Below are positions 1 to 5,453 of a stretch of 5,453 nucleotides of DNA, one piece after another. Made by a program: the position numbers and the translations under genes. This DNA is from Prasinococcaceae sp. CCMP 1430 (lineage: Eukaryota > Plantae > Prasinodermophyta). The stretch lies in contig RQSC01000204.1 of NCBI GenBank assembly GCA_013416795.1, positions 1 to 5,453 on the forward strand, written 5' to 3'. Below the pieces are notes generated by a model, which had not been told where the DNA came from, did not search any database, and worked only from the letters and a program-made list of their open reading frames with translations. The first letter of the stretch is position 1. Every line of letters begins with the position of its first letter.

Positions 1-21
1 CTCCTGCTTGCGGAGGGCCAT
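1..21 (-). CDS. Possible start of a divergently transcribed gene (MALRKQE..., runs off the window edge)
   Basis: Reverse complement of 1-21 is ATG GCC CTC CGC AAG CAG GAG, with all third positions G/C. Only 7 codons are visible. Confidence 0.3.
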
Positions 22-210
22 CGCGCGCTGCCCCTGCCCTGCCCTGCCCGCCCGCGCCCTCGCGCCCCCTTCCCTTCCGTCGAACGCTTGCTCGAAACGC
101 ATCCGCCGAACGCGCGCTCGCGCCCAGCGAAATTCGCGCGCTCCGCACGTTTCCCCTCCCCGCCTCGCGTCCCATCCGCGCCCTTGCGCCCCGGCTCCCC
201 TGCTCTCCCT

Positions 211-246
211 CGCGCGCGCGCGCGCGCGCGCGCGCGCGCGCGCGCG
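211..246. repeat. Perfect (CG)18 dinucleotide microsatellite, self-complementary and Z-DNA prone
   Basis: 36 uninterrupted alternating C/G bases, read directly. Confidence 0.95.
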
Positions 247-274
247 TGGCGCCGAAAGACCTCACCTCGGATCG

Positions 275-296
275 AATTGGCGGGGCGCCGCCAATT
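275..296. promoter_or_regulatory. Perfect 9-bp inverted repeat carrying CCAAT boxes in opposite orientations
   Basis: AATTGGCGG (275-283), GGCG spacer, CCGCCAATT (288-296); ATTGG and CCAAT lie in the two arms. The regulatory role is inferred from position between divergent starts. Confidence 0.4.
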
Positions 297-342
297 GCGG
301 CGCGGAGTGTGGATTTGGAAGGGCTGTGAGTGAACCCTAAAG

Positions 343-402
343 ATGGAAACCGAAATTGAAACCGATGCGGCGGCCATCCGGACGCGCGAACCCCGCCGGC
401 CG
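343..402 (+). CDS. Candidate first exon of the long ORF (METEIETDAAAIRTREPRRP)
   Basis: ATG at 343; donor-like CCG|GTGGGT at 403; acceptor-like TCTCAG| at 460. The phase-0 intron 403-460 joins in frame to GGA at 461. The intron contains an N, so the join is unverified. Confidence 0.35.
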
Positions 403-452
403 GTGGGTTGAGGGGAGGAGGGGCGCGTGCGGGCGCGGCGCCACTCGCGCGC

Positions 453-453
453 N
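453..453. other. Single N (ambiguous base or contig joint) at the left edge of the low-GC3 block
   Basis: n at 453, where composition changes from GC-rich low complexity to mixed coding sequence. Confidence 0.9.
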
Positions 454-460
454 GTCTCAG

Positions 461-2290
461 GGAGCCCTGTTGGCTGCCGTTCATGCAGCGCTCGCACACA
501 CATATGGTACCGGTCTGTCTGAGCTCGGTCATCACAGCAATGGCGTGCTCGCACAATGGCTAGCACACAACTTTCATGTTCAGGACGAGATCGTGGCCGC
601 TGACGACACTCGCCCCGACGAACTCGACGACCTGACGGGAGTGGGGAGCTTCTTCGTTACGTCATACTTCTGGAATGGTGATCTCACGCTCGGGTTGAAC
701 GACGTGCGTGAATGGCTAATTGCGTTCGGTGACGCTTACTTGAGGGGCGCTTCGAACAGCGCAGCGGGCACGTGGGAAGCGCTCAAGGCGACGCTCGTCA
801 GGGGGCGGCTGGAAGAGGGGGTCTGGGACGGTGACACGCAACAGCCTGTGCGTGAGAAAGCCCGTGCCGTCATCGCTGCAACCGTGCGCTTTAAGGATTG
901 TGTGCACACACCGAATGCATGCGTGGCCGGGATGTCGGCCGAGGAGCAAGAGGCATTCCGCATGAACGAGGCAAGACATCTGGCCTCTGCTGCGAGATGG
1001 GCGAGGAGAGAGCTGGTAGAGGCCATTGGACAGACCTATTATTCTCACCTGGACATTGCGCTCGCTTGTTGCGTCTTCGATGCAGTGAGCGCGCCTGTGA
1101 CCGCGTGGCACAAATCGCGGCTCGAGCAAGAACAAAAAGAGGCCCAGGCGCGCGCAGCGGAAGAGGCGAGAGCTCGCAAGGCTCAGGACGAGGAGCAAAA
1201 GCGAGTATTTGCTGAAGCGGCCGCCTCGGAGCTCTTGTCGGCCGAGGAGAAAAGGGCAGAGGCCAGAGCAGCCGCCACCGAGGACGACGGTGCCTCCGCC
1301 AAGGCTGGCAAGCGAAATAAGAGGAGGAAGAAGCGGCAGCACAAGCAGAGTGTGGCTCGTGTGGAAGGCACCTCTCAAGTGAGCGACGCGGAGCGCCAGG
1401 CGCAGGAGGCGGCCAAGCAGGAGGTGGCTAGGCGCGCCGCTGTCAGAGCTCGGATCGAGGAGCAGCGCGCGGCCGAGTACGAAGCGAGCCTAGCTCGGCG
1501 TCGCGCCGAGCTCGAGGCCGAGGAAAAACGAATGGAGGAAGAAGTCCAGGCGGTGTCTGCCAGGGAGGCCACGCGGCAGAAGGAGGAGCGTGCCATGGCT
1601 GCTGAGCTCGAGCTGCGACATTTGCGCGAGGCTGAGGAAGCTTCCATTGCTGCCATGCTGGACGCAGAGGAGGATGAAGAGTCGGCACCAGCTGCTGACG
1701 ACTGCCGCGCGGCGCGGCTCGCGGTCCCGCGCGCCGGGGCGGCGCCGGAGGGCGGTGACGCACCGGTGAGCGTTGCCGAGCCCGCGGAGGCAGAGGAGGC
1801 GGCGGCGGCGCCTAAGGACATTCTGGACCCCGCCGACGGCACCGTGCAGTACGCCGCCCCACAGGGCGATGCGGGCACTGAGCTCGTGTCCAACCTCTTC
1901 TCGCTCTTCAAGGACGGCAGGGCGAGCGAGACCATCAACGGACGGTGCGCGCAGATGGGGTTCACCGTGGCGGCCTACCTCGAGCTGACGACGGACAAGT
2001 CGGTGCGCGAGCAGCTCTTCATCACGCGTGAGATCAGCCGTGGCATTATTCAGAAGACCATTAACTACCCGCAGGCAGGCTTCTTCCTGGCCCTGGCGAC
2101 GGTGGTCCTCGTCACGGCCGGTTCCATCGCTCCGGCCTTCAATGGCAAGGAGAAGAACGGCCTCAACGAGACCCCCGAGGACTTCGGCCCCTTCCGCGCC
2201 GAGGCGGAGCTCACCAACTCGCGCGCCGCGATGGTCGGGCTCGCGGCGCTGTGGGCCATTGAGGGCTTCACCGGGTCGGCCCTGCTCTAG
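461..2290 (+). CDS. Stop-free ORF: unknown helical domain + charged coiled coil + basic NLS-like patch, fused in frame to an ELIP-like protein
   Basis: Open frame to TAG 2288-2290. E/A/R/K-rich heptad-like stretches at about 1110-1260 and 1385-1680; KRNKRRKKR at 1310-1336; style break after ...SAPAADDC (1705). The true start is uncertain (the track's TTG at 356 is unlikely). Confidence 0.6.
   Translation, partial: GALLAAVHAALAHTYGTGLSELGHHSNGVLAQWLAHNFHVQDEIVAADDTRPDELDDLTGVGSFFVTSYFWNGDLTLGLNDVREWLIAFGDAYLRGASNSAAGTWEALKATLVRGRLEEGVWDGDTQQPVREKARAVIAATVRFKDCVHTPNACVAGMSAEEQEAFRMNEARHLASAARWARRELVEAIGQTYYSHLDIALACCVFDAVSAPVTAWHKSRLEQEQKEAQARAAEEARARKAQDEEQKRVFAEAAASELLSAEEKRAEARAAATEDDGASAKAGKRNKRRKKRQHKQSVARVEGTSQVSDAERQAQEAAKQEVARRAAVRARIEEQRAAEYEASLARRRAELEAEEKRMEEEVQAVSAREATRQKEERAMAAELELRHLREAEEASIAAMLDAEEDEESAPAADDCRAARLAVPRAGAAPEGGDAPVSVAEPAEAEEAAAAPKDILDPADGTVQYAAPQGDAGTELVSNLFSLFKDGRASETINGRCAQMGFTVAAYLELTTDKSVREQLFITREISRGIIQKTINYPQAGFFLALATVVLVTAGSIAPAFNGKEKNGLNETPEDFGPFRAEAELTNSRAAMVGLAALWAIEGFTGSALL
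1706..2290 (+). CDS. ELIP: ELIP/Cbr-type three-helix LHC-like (chlorophyll a/b-binding superfamily) light-stress protein, lacking its own start codon
   Basis: LHC motif 1 ETINGRCAQMGF (1928-1963), middle helix FFLALATVVLVTAGSIAPAF, and LHC motif 2 AELTNSRAAMVG (2204-2239) followed by LAALWAIEGFTGSALL*. This matches ELIP architecture. It is preceded by a transit-peptide-like remnant RAARLAVPR and an acidic linker. Confidence 0.88.
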   Translation, partial: RAARLAVPRAGAAPEGGDAPVSVAEPAEAEEAAAAPKDILDPADGTVQYAAPQGDAGTELVSNLFSLFKDGRASETINGRCAQMGFTVAAYLELTTDKSVREQLFITREISRGIIQKTINYPQAGFFLALATVVLVTAGSIAPAFNGKEKNGLNETPEDFGPFRAEAELTNSRAAMVGLAALWAIEGFTGSALL

Positions 2291-2643
2291 ATGACGGCCG
2301 TAGTCGACCCATAACATAATTTTTTGTGGAGCACTTGCACAACAGCGCGCTCGGGGCAGCGACGGCGCCCTCCCCCCCCGCCACCCCGCCCCGCAAACCC
2401 ACCCCTCAATTCCGCGCAAGTGAGTCGAGAGCACGCCAGCTTGCGGGCGCTCATGGGGCGGGCAGAAGCTGTGGGGGGCCTCGCGGCGCGCGCGTCTCCA
2501 GCGCGGGCGCGCGCTACAGCTCGCGGACGCGGCGCTTGGAAGTGCAACCCCGCGTCGGCTTTTGCGCGGAAGCGCCTGTGGTGCGCCTGCGCGGGCGCCA
2601 GAGCAGGCCGCGCCCGCGCGTGACGGGCGCGGCGGAGGCACCC

Positions 2644-3315
2644 ATGGCGTCGCGTGTCGCGACCAGGCCACGCGCCCGCGCGCACTTCCCCGCGCGCCCC
2701 CGTGCGCGTCGTGTTCGCGCGCGTGTGGGCATGCAGGCGCCCGGGAAGACGAAGGCGAAGGCCGAGGCGAAGGCCGAGGGCGCGTTCAGCGACGGCGTTG
2801 CCAAGGCGATGCTTGCCACGTACGACCCCACGAAGAACAAGAAAATTGTCTATGGTGTGTTCCAGCAGGAGGTCGATCCCGCAGTGCTCGCCGATACTAG
2901 CGACGAGACGCTCGAGGCGCGCTCAGCAGCGCGCGCGGCGGCCGCCGACCAGCTCGTCAACATCGGTGCCGAAGAGCGCACGCGCCGCACGCGCGTCGGC
3001 GCCGTCATGAGCGTTGCCACCGTGGCACTCGGTGCAGCGCTCTTCGGCGCGGAGATGAGCCCTGTGGTGAAGGCGGGTGCCATGTACTTCCCCATCGCTC
3101 TCAGCCTAGGCTTCCTCGAAAGCGGGGCCAAGGGGCTCTGAAACATCGCGCAGGCGGGTGTCTGGGACGTGGACGGCACGGGCCTGCGCGAAATCGAGGA
3201 CAAGTCCGTGGCTGCCGCGCTGCGCGAAAAGGTGAACGCCTTCAATGTGCGGAGCGCTGTGACGAGCGCGGCGATCGCAGCAGCGTACGGCGCTGCTGCG
3301 GCGCTGGCCGCGTAG
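2644..3315 (+). CDS. Probable membrane selenoprotein (MSP-like), about 223 aa, with UGA 3139-3141 read as Sec in GLUNIAQAG
   Basis: After the TGA the frame continues NIAQAGVWDVDGTGLREIEDKSVAAALREKVNAFNVRSAVTSAAIAAAYGAAAALAA to TAG 3313-3315; 29 of the first 33 post-TGA codons end in G/C. There are two hydrophobic helices before the TGA and one at the C-terminus, and a SECIS lies downstream. Start at ATG 2644 is tentative (ATG 2731, or an acceptor at 2736, are alternatives). Confidence 0.82.
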
Positions 3316-3382
3316 GCGGTCGCCGCCCCCGCCTCGGTGCTCGCGCCGAGCAGGAGCGCTCCGAGGCTTTTGCGGGAAGCGC

Positions 3383-3462
3383 CGCGGGCTCGCATGACGG
3401 CCAGAGGCCAAAGCCCTCACCCAACCGAGGGCGCCTCGTTGGCCCGACACCCTCTGCCCGCG
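3383..3462 (+). promoter_or_regulatory. Eukaryotic SECIS element, form 2 (3'UTR RNA structure)
   Basis: Helix I CGCGGGC 3383-89 / GCCCGCG 3456-62; core A-UGAC 3394-98 / CGAC 3445-48 (tandem G.A/A.G); helix II GGCCAGAGGC 3399-3408 / GCCUC-gu-UGGCC 3433-44; unpaired AAA 3410-12; apical ministem GCCCUC 3413-18 / GAGGGC 3427-32 with an 8-nt loop. Confidence 0.88.
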
Positions 3463-3485
3463 TCCTCCCCGCGCGTTGTGTTTGC

Positions 3486-3490
3486 TGTAA
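3486..3490 (+). terminator. Candidate TGTAA polyadenylation signal for the selenoprotein mRNA
   Basis: TGTAA in an AT-rich patch 24 nt after the SECIS. UGUAA is the established poly(A) signal of many chlorophytes. This would place the SECIS inside the mRNA. Confidence 0.5.
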
Positions 3491-3672
3491 TATTGGTATT
3501 GGTGCACTGTGTGTATCCCACGCGCACGCTCTCGGCCGCCCAATGCGCTCGATCGGAATGCGCGCCACGAGCGTGCTCCGAAGCGTTGCTCGCACTCAGC
3601 ACGGCTCTGGCTCTTCTTACGTCGGTATGTGTACACTCAACCTGCCGCACGGGCGCGCGCGCACGCTCACTT

Positions 3673-4530
3673 CTACTCGTTGCCCCGGCGCGGCTGCAGG
3701 CCGGGCATGAGCTGCGGCAACGCGTCAGGCCTGCTGTCGGTGCCGGAGCCACCCTTGCCGTTGGAGATGAGGCACACGTCATACAGGTCGCCAGGCCGCT
3801 CGTAGATCTCGCACGAGATGTCCGGGCCGAAGAAGCGCTCGATCTTCTCGCGGCGGCCCTCCCAGCCGGCAATGTCCACCTGCGGGCAGCGGTGAGGCGC
3901 GGCCTCGATCGTCAGGTACCGGCCCGAGGGCGGCGCGCGCGGCGGCGCATGCGCGCGGGCGAGCGAGCGAGATGGCGCTTGCGCGCACCTTGGGCGACTC
4001 AAAGACGAGCACGAGCGCGTAGAAGCCGTTGATCACGCGCTCCTGCAGCCCCACGAGCTCCGGCGAGTCGCGGCGCGCAATGCCGCCCGCGGCGCGGCGG
4101 CCGAAGAGGAAGATGCGCTCGAGCGCCTCCTCGAGGTGCTGCTCGTCACCGTAGCGGTAGCGCGTGGTGTCCGACTTGACCTGCACCTGGATGTCAGTGG
4201 CCTGCGAGGCGCGCAGCTTGTCGGCGTCCTCGTACGTGCGGCAATCGAGCGGGTCCAGCTGTGCGTACTTGAGCGCGCTGCCCAGCAGCGAGATGATGAA
4301 GCCGTAGATGAGCAGCGGCGCCGAGCCGCTCTGTCCGGGCAGGTAGTTGAAGAAGGCGCCGAAGCCGTACAGGAGCATGGAGAGCCCGACGGTGACACCG
4401 ATGGTACCGAAGGACAGCTCGGAGATGTTGAGCCCATCCTCCTTCTCGACGACCCTCGTGCAATCGCTGTACGCCGGAGCGGTGCGCGGCGCGCCCGCCG
4501 GCGCCTCCGCGGCGCGCGCGGCCACGCGGC
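3673..4530 (-). CDS. APE1: APE1 (Acclimation of Photosynthesis to Environment 1) / DUF2854 / Slr0575-like thylakoid membrane protein; exons 4530-3989 (5' partial) and 3879-3673
   Basis: Family motifs YGFGAFF, LLIYGFIISLLGSALKYAQLDP, TTRYRYGDEQHLEEALERIF, YALVLVFE, and after splicing KIERFFGPDI...YDVCLIS; stop TAG at 3675-3673. The N-terminus is lost in the N gap. Confidence 0.92.
3880..3988 (-). other. 109-nt phase-0 GT-AG spliceosomal intron of APE1
   Basis: AAG|GTGCGC...CCTGAC...CCGCAG|GTG on the - strand; removal gives ...FESPK-VDIAGW..., restoring the APE1 C-terminal motif. Confidence 0.9.
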
Positions 4531-4733
4531 NNNNNNNNNNNNNNNNNNNNNNNNNNNNNNNNNNNNNNNNNNNNNNNNNNNNNNNNNNNNNNNNNNNNNN
4601 NNNNNNNNNNNNNNNNNNNNNNNNNNNNNNNNNNNNNNNNNNNNNNNNNNNNNNNNNNNNNNNNNNNNNNNNNNNNNNNNNNNNNNNNNNNNNNNNNNNN
4701 NNNNNNNNNNNNNNNNNNNNNNNNNNNNNNNNN
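4531..4733. other. Assembly gap (203 N)
   Basis: Run of N; covers the APE1 start and transit peptide. Confidence 1.
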
Positions 4734-4833
4734 AGCGCGGGCTCTCGGCGTGTGGACCGCGCGCACCCGACCCGGGGGGGGATCGCGCCGCAGGCGAACG
4801 CGCGGCTGGCGCGGCGCCGCGCGGGAGCGCCCA

Positions 4834-5453
4834 TCAAAACGCATCGGATATCGGCCATTGCGTGAGGTTTGATGGAGCGCGCCGCTCCCACCCTCGCCTC
4901 CCATCTGGCCGGCATATGCGTCGGTTGAACTCGGTTCCACATTCGCGCTCCCGTGGGTGAGTGTATCCATGGAGCGAGTGCATGACTATAGGACTATGAG
5001 AGCTGAGGCGCGCAAGCGCACGTACAGCACATTCACTCCGTTGTTGAACCCTCGACTGATGGCGAATTGGTGGTGCCGACCGATGCCCGCCGGGGCGCGC
5101 GCCGGCGCGCGCCCAGAAACGGATCGGGGGCGGGATCGCGGCGGCGGCTGCGTCGCGCGCAAAAGCGCGCGGGCGGCGGCGGGCGTCGCCCTCCGACGGG
5201 GTGAGCCGTTCCGGGATGATTGGGATGAAGCCAGGGATGAGGTCGATGGGCGCGGGCGGGTCGGCGGGCATGCAGTTGGCGCGGCACGAGCACCCCGAGG
5301 GCGCGAAGTCGTTGCAGAAGCCCATGCACGAGTCCGAGGGCGCCGTGGGCGAGGCGGAGGGCCGCGGCGTGGCGCGCGTGGGCGACTTGGTGGGCGCGAC
5401 GCTGGGGGACTTGGTGGGCGACGCGGGCGCGTCGGTGGGGCGCAGGGGCTTGA
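4834..5453 (-). CDS. 3' part of a Pro/Thr/Ser-rich (PTKSP-repeat) protein with a somatomedin-B-like Cys cluster, probably extracellular; 5' partial, true end uncertain
   Basis: From 5451: KPLRPTDAPASPTKSPSVAPTKSPTRATPRPSASPTAPSDSCMGFCNDFAPSGCSCRANCMPADPPAPIDLIPGFIPIIPER, with high GC3. The frame stays open to TGA 4836-4834, but coding character degrades below about 5200 (possible intron or UTR). Confidence 0.55.
   Translation of the reverse strand, partial: KPLRPTDAPASPTKSPSVAPTKSPTRATPRPSASPTAPSDSCMGFCNDFAPSGCSCRANCMPADPPAPIDLIPGFIPIIPERLTPSEGDARRRPRAFARDAAAAAIPPPIRFWARAGARPGGHRSAPPIRHQSRVQQRSECAVRALARLSSHSPIVMHSLHGYTHPRERECGTEFNRRICRPDGRRGWERRAPSNLTQWPISDAF

Noticed and set aside
8-340. 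Two short + strand ORFs with RARARA runs
   Set aside because: They are translations of the (CG)18 tract and C-rich intergenic DNA.
333-341. Telomere array or chromosome end
   Set aside because: Only one CCCTAAA unit; at most a promoter telo-box.
2291-2299. ATGACGGCC right after the ELIP stop, identical to the SECIS core 9-mer at 3394-3402
   Set aside because: No complementary helix II, AAA loop or GA partner follows, and the upstream ORF has no in-frame TGA. Treated as chance.
2326-2643. Upstream extension of the 271-aa ORF from GTG 2326
   Set aside because: It runs through the AT-rich/C-tract intergenic zone with low-complexity translation and no ATG; probably non-coding.
716-2685. Long - strand ORFs (716-1378, 1375-1965, 1490-2671, 2287-2685 etc.)
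   Set aside because: Antisense shadows of real genes in GC-rich DNA, with no recognisable motifs.
3139-3141. TGA as a true stop or pseudogene nonsense mutation
   Set aside because: Coding-like sequence continues to a TAG, and a complete SECIS lies downstream; Sec recoding explains both.
2850-4032. ORFs 2850-3395(-), 3106-3636(-), 3337-4032(+), 3417-3872(-) and similar
   Set aside because: Shadow or UTR-spanning frames, Arg/Ala/Pro-rich low-complexity translations; the region is explained by the selenoprotein, SECIS and APE1.
3779-4970. ORFs read through the N gap, including a 387-aa APE1 with start at 4942
   Set aside because: Gap length is an estimate, so frame continuity is not valid; the 387-aa ORF also reads into the intron.
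4823-4990. H/ACA snoRNA or a second SECIS
   Set aside because: No ANANNA hinge or terminal ACA; no AUGA/GA core on the gene-bearing strand.
1-5453. CRISPR arrays, tRNA/rRNA, transposase or prokaryotic operon features
   Set aside because: No spaced repeats, cloverleafs or transposase/RT motifs seen; the sequence is eukaryotic with spliceosomal introns.

Overview
GC-rich eukaryotic microalgal nuclear DNA from a draft assembly (single N at 453, 203-N gap at 4531-4733, one clear GT-AG intron). An ELIP-type gene and a TGTAA poly(A)-type signal favour a green-lineage alga, but the lineage is not proven. In order: (1) a probable divergent promoter region with a perfect (CG)18 tract and an inverted CCAAT palindrome; (2) a long + strand ORF that joins a low-GC3 helical/coiled-coil protein with a basic NLS-like patch, in frame, to a three-helix ELIP/LHC-like protein lacking its own start (real chimera or mis-join); (3) a + strand membrane protein that the ORF track stops at TGA 3139-3141, but which continues 57 more codons to TAG 3315 and is followed by a well-formed form-2 SECIS hairpin (3383-3462), so it is very probably a hidden selenoprotein; (4) a - strand two-exon APE1/DUF2854 thylakoid protein gene whose 5' end is in the gap; (5) the 3' part of a - strand Pro/Thr/Ser-rich, Cys-motif protein. 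The strongest result is the UGA-Sec gene with its SECIS, lying between two photoacclimation genes.
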